A stretch of 47,469 nt of DNA from a virus (Duplodnaviria > Caudoviricetes), in IMG/VR virus record IMGVR_UViG_3300038312_000391, positions 1 to 47,469 of that record; one strand, 5' to 3'. The notes beneath the pieces were generated by a model. That model saw nothing but the letters and a program-made list of their open reading frames with translations, was not told where the DNA came from and made no database searches. Of the stretch, positions 17,511-26,361 are shown piece after piece; within the stretch, counting starts at the first letter, position 1; every line of letters begins with the position of its first letter. Made by a program: the position numbers and the translations under genes.

Positions 17511-17683
17511 TTTTCCATTTTCGAGGGGCGATTTTCGCGTCCCGTGCTATTTTGGTCGATTTTCGGGCATCGCCCTTGTGCGGGGACGGCTCTCATCGGG
17601 CGTATGCGATAACGCAACGCCCAGCGATGGCGTTCACTCGCGTCCTGTCGCGTGATAACGCGCAAGCCCAAGCGACTACTGCG

Positions 17684-18109
17684 TCAGCGTCCGTGTGCGT
17701 CAGCGGGGGCTTTCTTCGCGTTCCGGCCAAGCACACGGTATGAGTGGAGCAGGTTCTGACTGCGCGTCACCCATTCCAGATTGGCGGCGCGGTTGTCATA
17801 CTTGTCGCCGTTGATGTGATTGACCTCCGCCCCCTCGAACCACGTGTCCGCATGCCATGCCATTGCCACGAGGCGGTGGACATAGTGGTTCACGCCGCCG
17901 ATTTTGACATCGATGTAATGCTCACGTCCGTTCGTGATGCGGAGTCGCTGTTCCAATACCTTACCCGGCAGTATTTTGCGGTAGGTCTTGAATCCGATAT
18001 GCGCCCGGACGCTTCGTGCCTTGCTCCGGATGAGACCGGTGTCGGATGCCTCGTAGAACGGCATGCCCGGTATGGTACGCCATGGCATTATCGTTTTGGC
18101 TTGTAACAA
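17684..18109 (-). CDS. NUMOD4-HNH endonuclease
   Basis: WRTIPGMPFYEASDTGLIRS (NUMOD4); VHRLVA...VNHINGDKYDNRAANLEWVTRSQNLLH (HNH). Confidence 0.9.
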   Translation of the reverse strand: MLQAKTIMPWRTIPGMPFYEASDTGLIRSKARSVRAHIGFKTYRKILPGKVLEQRLRITNGREHYIDVKIGGVNHYVHRLVAMAWHADTWFEGAEVNHINGDKYDNRAANLEWVTRSQNLLHSYRVLGRNAKKAPADAHGR

Positions 18110-18717
18110 TGCTCAGGGAAACGTTCTAACGGACGATCTTCAAATGGAGCGCGCCAGTTGTTTCCACGGATGAGATTGCGACGGTCATGACCACAATTAA
18201 CCATGTCCCATGCATCCTCCCAATGGGAATCGGCGATTTCTGCATCATCGAATTTCTCCCATTTGCCGAGAGCATCAATGGCTTGTTTGCAAGTATCATC
18301 CCATCCTTTGCCGCGGTCAAACTCATTGATTTGCCGTGCGGCGAGTTGCCAGTAAGGGATAAATGCGGTTGCCAGCAGATATTGTATGGCTTCGAGACTA
18401 AAAAAGTCACCGCAAGCCAGTGCATTACTGGGAATGCAGATAAACTCATAATCATCGTCGCGTTTCCCAATTTCGAGGTCGATGGCGCAGACAATGCGTC
18501 GCCGAAGCCCCGCTTTGCGGCAAAGCCCGGAGAAGAGTTCCCCGATGAGCGAATGTTGCCAGCGCAGGTCAGATTCCATTTCAAAACTCCACGCGCCGAA
18601 GCGTTCAAAGATTTTGACGTGAATGCCGATATCCTTTTCGTCATCACGAAACAGCGGGACAAAAACATCGATTGGAGATAGTCTCCCCATCGACTCGGTT
18701 AGATTTTTCATAGACAT
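18088..18717 (-). CDS. Hypothetical protein (element 1-specific)
   Basis: 209 aa ORF with TAAGGA RBS and globular composition; no recognisable motif. Confidence 0.55.
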   Translation of the reverse strand: MSMKNLTESMGRLSPIDVFVPLFRDDEKDIGIHVKIFERFGAWSFEMESDLRWQHSLIGELFSGLCRKAGLRRRIVCAIDLEIGKRDDDYEFICIPSNALACGDFFSLEAIQYLLATAFIPYWQLAARQINEFDRGKGWDDTCKQAIDALGKWEKFDDAEIADSHWEDAWDMVNCGHDRRNLIRGNNWRAPFEDRPLERFPEHCYKPKR

Positions 18718-18789
18718 AACAGTTTCCTTAGTTGATGATTGAAGTCAGATAATTGACGCGAGAGCCGCGTCTGGAAAAGAGCGAGAAAA

Positions 18790-18970
18790 TACCTTCGGAA
18801 TCGCGCACGCGATATATATGCGCAGAGGGCTAAAAACACATACATATACACCCTCTCTCCTAAGGTATATATATTTATATGTTTTTGTTTATAATCAACG
18901 ATTTAGACATTCGGAAAATCTTCGGAAAGTATTCGGAGATTTCCAAAGGCCATCGCCGTTACGTTCGGAA
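18790..18970. repeat. Candidate replication origin, copy 1 (AT-rich tract plus TTCGGA iterons)
   Basis: TTCGGA at 18910, 18921 and 18932 (11-bp period) next to TATATA-rich DNA just past the primase stop; conserved at 37965-38165. Confidence 0.6.
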
Positions 18971-18992
18971 GGATGTCCGTTTTTTCCAAAGG

Positions 18993-21470
18993 TTAGGACT
19001 TCTTTTTCCGACCCCGCTCCAAGTCTGGTGGCGGTGTCAAAACGGAAAAACGACCGTCTGCATTTCTTGCCACCCACTTTCGAGCTTCCAGTTCCATGAG
19101 CAGATCCTGACGTTGTTTTGCCGTTGTTCCGCTTCCGCTGGCCGTGCGTGAGATTTCGCTGGTCAAAACACCATCTCCATGGTCGAAGTCGCGGACGATG
19201 CAGAATATGCGTTTCAGTTGCTTTTCAATAATTCTGCTGTTCCCGACGCTCTCGACGATGCCGGACAGAACGCGTTCCGCATTAGCAAAAAGCCACAAGA
19301 CCAACAGCCTTGCACGGTGACGGGTGTCATCGGTGATGATTACCTCTTCGCCCTGCGTCCGGATATCTCCGGTGACTGAAAGCATTACGACAAAACGCGG
19401 ATAATACTCATTGCACAGACGCCGCCATGACGGAATGAACCGTTGGTCGCATTTGCCGATGAATACCTGTTGGAGGGATTCAGAATACCCGTCCTCGAAT
19501 TCAACAATGCCGCGTTTTCGCAGAAATGGTTGAATCGCGAGTTCCATTCGTTTCATGATGGCGATGCTGTCGAAGTTCTTTGGGTTGCCATAGAACTCCG
19601 GCATCTTGGCAATAAGGAAACGTCCGACGAATCCTGTCTCGACATCAATGATATCCACCTTTTCGCTGAACACGTTTGGCTGGATATTCGCAATGATGTT
19701 TGGAGCGCAGTAGACGGCGGAGCGAGACGAACCGGCTCTACCGCGATCTGAAAAGTTCTCGTCAAAATACCCCATGCCGAATACCTGCGTCAGAAATTCG
19801 GCGGCCTTGCTTTGCCAGCAGTCTTTATCAAGCCAGCTTGACATTTCGGAGATGCTCAAGAGAGCGTTTGGCTTTCTCGTCAACATCCCGGCGATACCGG
19901 CGGCTGAACCGGATGTACCCAAATTCCAGTCTGGAACGACATTGGTCTTGTCCGCATGATAGATGTCGGGATTTCTCATGTGGGAAAATTTACCAATCAA
20001 ACCGCCGATGTCCTTTCCGCAGGCCGATGGTGCAACAAGCATTGCATATGCGTTGCATAGCTGACCTCCGCTGGTGTTGATTTTCATTCTTGCGCGATCA
20101 TGTCCGACGAGAGCCACGCCGCCGAGATTGCCGCCATATCGTTTTACCAACTCCTCGTCCGATGCCACGCCGCTCAAGCAACATGCGGCGGTGACAATTG
20201 CTTTAAGCAATGCGCCCTCCAATGGAAGCGGAGGACGCGATACAGAGGCATAAATTTCGGTCAGCTCTCCAAGAAACGTTCCGTCAAGGCAATTCATAAC
20301 ATCTTCATTTGTCACGTTTCGCCATGGCTGGATTATTTCCGGTTCTGGAGGCACAATGATGGATGATGACGCAACAGATTCCTGCTGGCCCTGCTGGTTT
20401 ATAATGCCGGTGATGTCCACAGACGGCAAACTTGCGTCCTCTTTATGGTCATAGCATCCCGGCTCACGCATGACACGGAATTTGCGCCAGTCGTTGCCGA
20501 GGCAATGGTCGTGCAGACAGCGGAATCCGATTGCTCCTCCCGGTGTTTCGGTCAGCGCCGCGGATTTGTTGTCGTGATCCGGATTGAACGGGCAGATATT
20601 GAAAATCCACTTGCGGCCGCCCTTATAAGACTGCGGTTGTCCTGCGTCCGGCGCATACTTCGCAATCCATTCGTCAATGTCGAAACCGGGTGATTCCTGA
20701 TAGGAGGTCACGACCGATTCGACATGTGCTGGCGGCGTTTTCGACGATTCCCCGACAATTTGCTGAAGCAGTTCGGTCGGAACGATTTCAACAGACTCCG
20801 GCACTTCAAGGATTTTCGCCATGCGGTGCGGACGCGCCGGGATGGAATCGCCTTTGCAGTTCATCGTGCCGGGAATGCGCCAGATGCGCGCCGGATTGTA
20901 CACGGTCAAATCCACTTTGACTGCGTCCGATGAGGCTTTCGCAATTTCCGTCACCGCCTGTTGCACCACTCCGCCGTCATCCGCCGGAAGGTCGATGCGG
21001 TAGGTCATCTGCGCCCCGTTGCCGGAGTCCAGCATGACGGGAAGCGGCCAACCGAGGGAGGACAGCCCATCGCGGATTTCACGCGCCTTCGCCAACGCCG
21101 CCTCATGCTCGGCGTCGGTGCTGGAAATCTTCGCTTTCCGCACGGCGTCACAGTCGATGAGCAACCAACGCCTTTTGACGATGTCCGAGTCGGCGGTGGC
21201 CGTTTCCGATTCCGCCGGACAGAGCCGGTTGCAGGCCCGCGCCAACAGATCCGGCGATACGGGATTGATGGTGACATACGCTCCGGCATAGGCGCGAAGT
21301 TTTCCGATGGCGGCTACGGCGTTCGGAATGTTGTCGTAATCGAAATATCCCGATTCCGTATGCGGTTTCAGATATCCCGGCGTGACGGCTTTCAGAATGC
21401 GGATTTCGAAGACATCCCCCGGCTGAAACCACAGCCTCATGGCGCGGACGATTTCTTCCTTGTCGATCAT
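18993..21470 (-). CDS. Primase-polymerase/helicase-like replication protein (copy 1)
   Basis: AEP-like IDCD, DSGNG and NPARIWRIPGT motifs; Zn motif CPF..DH...C.H.HC; P-loop APSACGKD. Confidence 0.8.
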   Translation of the reverse strand: MIDKEEIVRAMRLWFQPGDVFEIRILKAVTPGYLKPHTESGYFDYDNIPNAVAAIGKLRAYAGAYVTINPVSPDLLARACNRLCPAESETATADSDIVKRRWLLIDCDAVRKAKISSTDAEHEAALAKAREIRDGLSSLGWPLPVMLDSGNGAQMTYRIDLPADDGGVVQQAVTEIAKASSDAVKVDLTVYNPARIWRIPGTMNCKGDSIPARPHRMAKILEVPESVEIVPTELLQQIVGESSKTPPAHVESVVTSYQESPGFDIDEWIAKYAPDAGQPQSYKGGRKWIFNICPFNPDHDNKSAALTETPGGAIGFRCLHDHCLGNDWRKFRVMREPGCYDHKEDASLPSVDITGIINQQGQQESVASSSIIVPPEPEIIQPWRNVTNEDVMNCLDGTFLGELTEIYASVSRPPLPLEGALLKAIVTAACCLSGVASDEELVKRYGGNLGGVALVGHDRARMKINTSGGQLCNAYAMLVAPSACGKDIGGLIGKFSHMRNPDIYHADKTNVVPDWNLGTSGSAAGIAGMLTRKPNALLSISEMSSWLDKDCWQSKAAEFLTQVFGMGYFDENFSDRGRAGSSRSAVYCAPNIIANIQPNVFSEKVDIIDVETGFVGRFLIAKMPEFYGNPKNFDSIAIMKRMELAIQPFLRKRGIVEFEDGYSESLQQVFIGKCDQRFIPSWRRLCNEYYPRFVVMLSVTGDIRTQGEEVIITDDTRHRARLLVLWLFANAERVLSGIVESVGNSRIIEKQLKRIFCIVRDFDHGDGVLTSEISRTASGSGTTAKQRQDLLMELEARKWVARNADGRFSVLTPPPDLERGRKKKS

Positions 21471-21838
21471 CTCGCCTCCACCTCGCGGAATGGAATCAGC
21501 ACCGTCACGCCGACCAGACTGAAAGCCGGGAACGTGACCGCGGGAATGACTTTCGTCTCAAACCATTCCCGCAGGCGGCGGACGGCCTTGTGACGACTGC
21601 GCGACAGGATGGCGCGGATGTCCTCCGTTCCGATCATCCGGACGTTCTGCGGACCGCCGGCGGTGTCCATGCGGACGTATTCCGGCGACGAGTTGCAGAA
21701 GCGCCCCAGCGTCTTGTTCGGGTTGACGTAGCCGAGGATGTTGCAGATGTCGGTAGCGGCGAACTTCGGGACGCCGTTCATCACGACCATGCGGATGGTG
21801 CGTTTGCCATAGGCGAGATTTGCTGGTGTGTTACTCAT
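21467..21838 (-). CDS. BRO-N domain protein (antirepressor-like)
   Basis: IRMVVMNGVPKFAATDICNILGY.NP...TAGGPQ...WFETKVIP. Confidence 0.85.
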   Translation of the reverse strand: MSNTPANLAYGKRTIRMVVMNGVPKFAATDICNILGYVNPNKTLGRFCNSSPEYVRMDTAGGPQNVRMIGTEDIRAILSRSRHKAVRRLREWFETKVIPAVTFPAFSLVGVTVLIPFREVEAR

Positions 21839-22124
21839 GGTTTTCTCCCTGGTTGCTTAAAATGAAGCGCTTGTCTGCCTCATTATCCAATTCTGTTTCC
21901 TTAAGAAAGCGGATTGCGGCCGCCGCCGTACGGACGGCCTCGACGATCATTCCCCGCTTCGTGCCGCGTTTCTCGTCATAGATGTTCGCCGTCCTGACGA
22001 GACCTCCGCATTCCTCGGCGCAGAGGCTTGCCGCCTTGACCGGGTCGCGCGGCCATGCCGGATGGATGGTTTCCGCACGGGCGACTTCCGCCATGATGTT
22101 CATGATGATGAGTTCAGTTTTCAT
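21831..22124 (-). CDS. MazG-like all-alpha protein (copy 1)
   Basis: AEECG...EAVRTAAAAIRF; homologous to 40581..40835. Confidence 0.55.
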   Translation of the reverse strand: MKTELIIMNIMAEVARAETIHPAWPRDPVKAASLCAEECGGLVRTANIYDEKRGTKRGMIVEAVRTAAAAIRFLKETELDNEADKRFILSNQGENHE

Positions 22125-22419
22125 CGGTCACCGCCTTCGCCGCCTGTTCCAGCTGGACGAGATGCCGTTCGGCCTCGGCTTTGATTTTTTCGGCCAGTTC
22201 GACGAATCTGTCGCAGTCCGCGATGAAGGTCTGAAAACACTGGAAATAGTCCGAACCGGAGCCGTGCGGGGTCAGGAGCAGGTCGTAGTTGCTCATGAAG
22301 AATTCCGGTTCTTTCCGGCCCGTCTGTTTCTTGCTGATATGCCAGCGGCGGTCTTTGCTGGTCAGTTCCTGCGTGAGGTTCTGTTCCGAAACCTCCCATT
22401 CGATTACGGATTCAGGCAT
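22114..22419 (-). CDS. Hypothetical protein
   Basis: 101 aa; overlaps both neighbours; AAGGA RBS. Confidence 0.6.
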   Translation of the reverse strand: MPESVIEWEVSEQNLTQELTSKDRRWHISKKQTGRKEPEFFMSNYDLLLTPHGSGSDYFQCFQTFIADCDRFVELAEKIKAEAERHLVQLEQAAKAVTDEN

Positions 22420-22825
22420 GGGCGTATCCTTTCACGTTGAAATGTTTCTCATGGGCGTTGCCGACGACGCGGATATTCTGATACTGAGTGACGCGGCTGA
22501 TATGCGCGCCCCGGGTCACGCCGTCGAGGATGTACCGTCCCTCGCGGCTGTTGTACCGGACGATGAAGAGGCCGACCGGGCGTCCGAAGCTGTTGCGGAC
22601 TTCCACGATGTCGCTGGTGAAAACTTTCCGTTCGCCCTGGTCGAGCAGGCCGATCCACTGGTCGATTTCGCAATCGGCACGGTCGAGCGCCTCGACCGCG
22701 CCGTCCATGACAGCGTAGACGTTTTCATCGTCGAATCCGACTGTCGGGAAAATCTCCTTGCTCACTTTGTCGAACGCCCGGAATTCGACGGCGTATTCCG
22801 GCTGGCGGATGTACTTGAAATCCAT
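22412..22825 (-). CDS. YopX family protein
   Basis: EFRAFDK...QWIGLLD..ERKVFTSDIV...VVGNAHE pattern; AAGGAG RBS. Confidence 0.8.
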   Translation of the reverse strand: MDFKYIRQPEYAVEFRAFDKVSKEIFPTVGFDDENVYAVMDGAVEALDRADCEIDQWIGLLDQGERKVFTSDIVEVRNSFGRPVGLFIVRYNSREGRYILDGVTRGAHISRVTQYQNIRVVGNAHEKHFNVKGYAHA

Positions 22826-22840
22826 ATTCTTGCTCCTTGT

Positions 22841-22981
22841 TCAGAATGTCACGGTCGCGGTCAGCGTCGCCGCCGCGAACCAGTAGATGGCGTTTTTTAT
22901 GTCCCGGCAGCAGAGGCATACGATTGCCGCGCCGATGTCGAGACCGATCAGGATGGCCGGAAATATCTGTTTTGCATTCAT
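22841..22981 (-). CDS. Small hydrophobic protein (46 aa)
   Basis: MNAKQIFPAILIGLDIGAAIV...YWFAAATLTATVTF; AAGGA RBS. The track extension to 23155 runs through promoter DNA. Confidence 0.65.
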   Translation of the reverse strand: MNAKQIFPAILIGLDIGAAIVCLCCRDIKNAIYWFAAATLTATVTF

Positions 22982-23075
22982 GTGATCCTTTCTTGCTGAT
23001 GTGACCAGTTTTAAATTCCTGATACTTTTTGAAATGTATTTTTCTTCGATTTCTTCGCTTTCTGTTAATAATGGC

Positions 23076-23103
23076 TTGACATGCTTCAAATGCATGTTAT
23101 ATT
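23076..23103 (+). promoter_or_regulatory. Sigma70-like promoter of the fur-queD-like cassette with overlapping palindrome
   Basis: TTGACA (23076)-16 bp-TATATT (23098) with TG extension; ACATGC-N7-GCATGT at 23079-23097. Confidence 0.6.
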
Positions 23104-23141
23104 TATTTGTAGTCAGGATATAAATAACTAGCTTTACAATC

Positions 23142-23657
23142 ATGAACAACGACATTCAAAATCAATTTCGCGATCTTTGCAAAAACATTGGTTGGAAGTG
23201 CACGCCCCAGCGTTTGGCCGTGTACGCATATTTGCAGCAAAATCATACCCATCCGAGTGTAGATGTTGTTTGGGATGCGGTGCGTTGCAGCCAGCCGACG
23301 ATCTCACGCGAAAGCGTATACCGTATTCTCAATGAACTTTCGGAGCATGGCATTATTGGGCGCGTAGATCATATTGACAGTGCTCGTTATGATTGTCGTG
23401 TCGGCGCGCACGGACATTTCATTTGCAAAAGCTGCCGTGAGATTTCTGATTTTGATTGGCCGGACGGGACCCAGATACCGCCCGAATTGCTGGCACGGCA
23501 AGTACAGCACATAGAAATCAGACTTGTCGGCGTGTGCCCCAAGTGCGCCGCTGCGCACAAGCAAAAGCGGCATCCATCCGAAAAACCAGCGAGCGAAAGA
23601 GCAGACACTAAAATAGGAGCACCGTGCTTCTATGGTGATAACCCACAGGAGGAATAG
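23142..23657 (+). CDS. fur: Fur/PerR family transcriptional regulator
   Basis: TPQRLAVY...HPS...ISRESVYRIL...HGHFICKSC...GVCPKC. Subfamily not determined. Confidence 0.9.
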   Translation: MNNDIQNQFRDLCKNIGWKCTPQRLAVYAYLQQNHTHPSVDVVWDAVRCSQPTISRESVYRILNELSEHGIIGRVDHIDSARYDCRVGAHGHFICKSCREISDFDWPDGTQIPPELLARQVQHIEIRLVGVCPKCAAAHKQKRHPSEKPASERADTKIGAPCFYGDNPQEE

Positions 23658-23659
23658 TC

Positions 23660-24223
23660 ATGAGAAGCTTCACAACGTTCGATCTGCAGTATGCGCACAG
23701 ATTCTACGGATTCAAAGGCGAGGCACAGTATTTGCATGGTCACACCGGCGTTTTGACGATCGAGGTGGAGGATTCCATCAACCCTGGTGTCAACATGGTT
23801 TTTCCGTGCAACGAAATTCAGAAGACGGCTTGGGCCCTCTTGAAAAATTTCGACCACGCCCTTATCTTGAGAGAAGATGATCCGCTGCTTCCCTCCGTGC
23901 TTGCCGTATATGAAGCGCAGGGAATCAAAAATGGCGCACCGACCAACACGATGAAGGGCGAGGCGTTCAAGACGGAGCTGGCGACGGCCTATCCGGACTG
24001 TCGTCTGGTTGTCACGAAGGAAACCATGACGGTCGAAGGCATGATCAAGATCGTCTACGACCTGCTCAAAGACAAACTGAATATTGCCAAGATCACCTTC
24101 ACCAGCGGTGTCAATGCGGCATCCCAGGAATACAAGCCGGTCGGAACGATGGATCGTTGTCCGCGGTGCGGGATTGCGCTTGTTGATGGAGCCTGCCCGA
24201 AGTGCGGCTATAAAAAACATTGA
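23660..24223 (+). CDS. queD: QueD/PTPS-like T-fold protein with C-terminal zinc ribbon
   Basis: AHR, LHGH, FDH and T.E motifs; lacks the Cys of the canonical CxxxHGH; ends CPRC...CPKC; AGGAGG RBS. Confidence 0.8.
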   Translation: MRSFTTFDLQYAHRFYGFKGEAQYLHGHTGVLTIEVEDSINPGVNMVFPCNEIQKTAWALLKNFDHALILREDDPLLPSVLAVYEAQGIKNGAPTNTMKGEAFKTELATAYPDCRLVVTKETMTVEGMIKIVYDLLKDKLNIAKITFTSGVNAASQEYKPVGTMDRCPRCGIALVDGACPKCGYKKH

Positions 24224-24267
24224 TTTCTGTAACGGCATCGCATAATTATTGAGATGCCTGCAACATG

Positions 24268-24304
24268 CCGTCGGTTTCAAATATTTTGGAATCGACGGTT
24301 TTTT
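24268..24304 (+). terminator. Intrinsic terminator after the queD-like gene
   Basis: 14-bp stem CCGTCGGTTTCAAA/TTTGGAATCGACGG (two G-U pairs) followed by T6. Confidence 0.7.
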
Positions 24305-24313
24305 CTTCAAGCC

Positions 24314-24373
24314 GGATGCCGCTTCCGCAACGAGTCCGATCAGAATGATCGGTAAAAACGGTTTTGTATTCAT
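24314..24373 (-). pseudogene. Degenerate 5' paralog of the 22841..22981 small membrane gene
   Basis: MNTKPFLPIILIGLVAEAA versus MNAKQIFPAILIGLDIGAA; AGGAG RBS after the helicase stop. Confidence 0.5.
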
Positions 24374-24381
24374 CTGTTCTC

Positions 24382-26136
24382 CTAAAATGGAATCTCGCTA
24401 CCATAATCGCTCACGCCCAGGTCCTGCGGACTGTTGGACGGCCAGTCGTTGATTTTTGCGGAATCGTCACCCGGTTCACGCATGACCGGACGTTCGCCAA
24501 GGACGCATTTCGTGATACGGTCGAACTTCTCCCCCGCGACAGACTTTACCGTGATGGCGAGCGGAACGGCAAGCATCCCATCGTTTGCCCAAGCGACCGC
24601 CTCCCGCGCCGTCGCCGGAACGGGACAGCCAAGGGCGGCGCGGTTCTTCCACCACTTCTCGAATTTCCCTCTGGCGTATCCGGTATGCTCCGGGCAAACC
24701 CATTCGGAACGGAAGTCGTTGAGGCCGACCTCGTAGTCGATCCGCATCGTCTTCGGCGTGCCGGGATCGGCGTACCGCTTCTCGTGGACGCAGTAGTAAA
24801 CATTCTTCACGGCGTATTCGTCATAGAAGATTTCGCCTGAGATGACGCCGTCCTTCGCCGCGTGTTCCGTGATATTGCTCCTCGACGGCGGCGGAAATTC
24901 GTATCCGCATTCCGGGCATTTCTGATACGCCGCGTGGATCAGCGCGAGGCACTGCGGACACTTTTTCGCCGGAGCGTCTCCGTTTCCCGGCGTCCTGTCC
25001 GTGACGCTTATCATGTCCACGGGACCGTGACGCATGATGTTGCCGCCATAGTCCAGGACGAGGCAATTCTGCTTTCCCGTCTCCGGCGACAGCCTCGTTC
25101 CGCGCCCGACCATCTGAATCAGAAGACCCGGGGAATTGGTCGGCCGCAGGAGAACCACGCAGTCGATGTTCACCGCGTCGAATCCGGTGGTCAACACGTT
25201 CACGTTGCAGAGAAATTTCAGCGGCGGCTTTTTCGCGCCGAACAGATCCGCCACGACCTCCCTGCCTTTGAACCGGTCGATGATCTCCGCGCGTTCTCCG
25301 GGAGAAGTCTCTCCGGTCACCACGGCGCATTCCATGCCGGAATAGGCGGAAATCTTCTCCGCCACATGCCTGCAATGGTTAACGCCGGACGTGAAAATCA
25401 GCACCGACTTCCGTTCCCGCGTCAGGTCGACGATTTCACGGCACGCTGACGATACCAGTTCCTCGGTGTCCATCGCCGACGCGATTTCGTCCCCGACGAA
25501 CTCGCCGCCGCGAATATGGAGGCCGTCCAGTTTCGCCTCGGCGCGTCCGGCACGGGACACCAGCGGAGACAGATAGCCCTGCGTGATCATTTCTTTTAAT
25601 CCGGCTTCGTAGCAGACCTCGTTCAGCAGATTTTCCGGCTGACAGATCAGTCCGCCTTTCAGTCTGAACGGCGTCGCCGTCAAACCGATGAGACGGACGT
25701 TCGGATTGATGACTTTCATGTCTTTCAGAAACGTCCTGTACATTCCATCGCCATCCGGCGCAATCAAGTGCGCCTCGTCCACAATTATGAGGTCGAACGC
25801 ACCAAGGTCACATGCCTTGCCATAAACCGACTGGATGCCGGCCACGATGACGGACTCCTCCGTATCACGGCTTTTCAGTCCTGCCGAGAAAATCCCGATT
25901 TGCAAATCCGGGCAGAGCGCACGGACTTTTCCGGCGTTCTGTTCCAGCAGTTCTTTGACGTGCGCCAGTATGAGTACACGCCCATTCCATTGCGCCACGG
26001 CATCACGGACAATTTGCGCGATGACCACGGATTTTCCCGTGCCTGTCGGCAAGACCACACATGGATTGTTCTCCTTGGAACGCAGATGATTATAGACGGC
26101 GTCCACAGCCGCTTGCTGGTACGGTCGCAGAATCAT
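24382..26136 (-). CDS. SF2 DEAH-box helicase, RadD/YejH-like (intein-free copy 1)
   Basis: LRPYQ, LPTGTGKS, DEAH, TATP, LTTGFD and QMVGRGTR motifs; CxxC...CxxC zinc finger. Confidence 0.93.
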   Translation of the reverse strand: MILRPYQQAAVDAVYNHLRSKENNPCVVLPTGTGKSVVIAQIVRDAVAQWNGRVLILAHVKELLEQNAGKVRALCPDLQIGIFSAGLKSRDTEESVIVAGIQSVYGKACDLGAFDLIIVDEAHLIAPDGDGMYRTFLKDMKVINPNVRLIGLTATPFRLKGGLICQPENLLNEVCYEAGLKEMITQGYLSPLVSRAGRAEAKLDGLHIRGGEFVGDEIASAMDTEELVSSACREIVDLTRERKSVLIFTSGVNHCRHVAEKISAYSGMECAVVTGETSPGERAEIIDRFKGREVVADLFGAKKPPLKFLCNVNVLTTGFDAVNIDCVVLLRPTNSPGLLIQMVGRGTRLSPETGKQNCLVLDYGGNIMRHGPVDMISVTDRTPGNGDAPAKKCPQCLALIHAAYQKCPECGYEFPPPSRSNITEHAAKDGVISGEIFYDEYAVKNVYYCVHEKRYADPGTPKTMRIDYEVGLNDFRSEWVCPEHTGYARGKFEKWWKNRAALGCPVPATAREAVAWANDGMLAVPLAITVKSVAGEKFDRITKCVLGERPVMREPGDDSAKINDWPSNSPQDLGVSDYGSEIPF

Positions 26137-26139
26137 TTT

Positions 26140-26361
26140 TCACGCTCCCGCACGAATCCCGGCTTTCTTCATGTCGAACGCCAGCTTCAGCTTGAGCAAT
26201 ACAAGTGTATTCTCATTGATTTTAAGGAATTTGCATACTTCCCTGTCTGCGTAATTGTTCATGAAAAGAAAGCAGACCAGCCGTTCGGTATTGTCCGTAA
26301 TTCCCTTCACGAACTCCTGCACGATTTGACAGCGGCGTCCGTTGTTTTGTCTCCTGTCCAT
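26140..26361 (-). CDS. Small HTH-like protein (copy 1)
   Basis: 73 aa from ATG 26361; homologous to 44252..44467. Confidence 0.6.
   Translation of the reverse strand: MDRRQNNGRRCQIVQEFVKGITDNTERLVCFLFMNNYADREVCKFLKINENTLVLLKLKLAFDMKKAGIRAGA

Noticed and set aside
18126-18668. 180-aa same-strand overlapping ORF (and 18187..18681 on plus)
   Set aside because: Ser/Asn-rich, no RBS or motif; 18088..18717 has the better start and composition. Dual coding is not supported.
18910-18940. TTCGGA repeats as a CRISPR array
   Set aside because: Units are 8-12 bp with no spacers and no cas genes.
23142-24223. 7-deazaguanine DNA modification cluster
   Set aside because: No folE, queC, queE or dpdA-like gene is visible, and the QueD-like motif is non-canonical.
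23630-24313. Full 247-aa minus-strand ORF 23630..24373
   Set aside because: Beyond the first ~20 codons it is antisense to the terminator and the queD-like gene.
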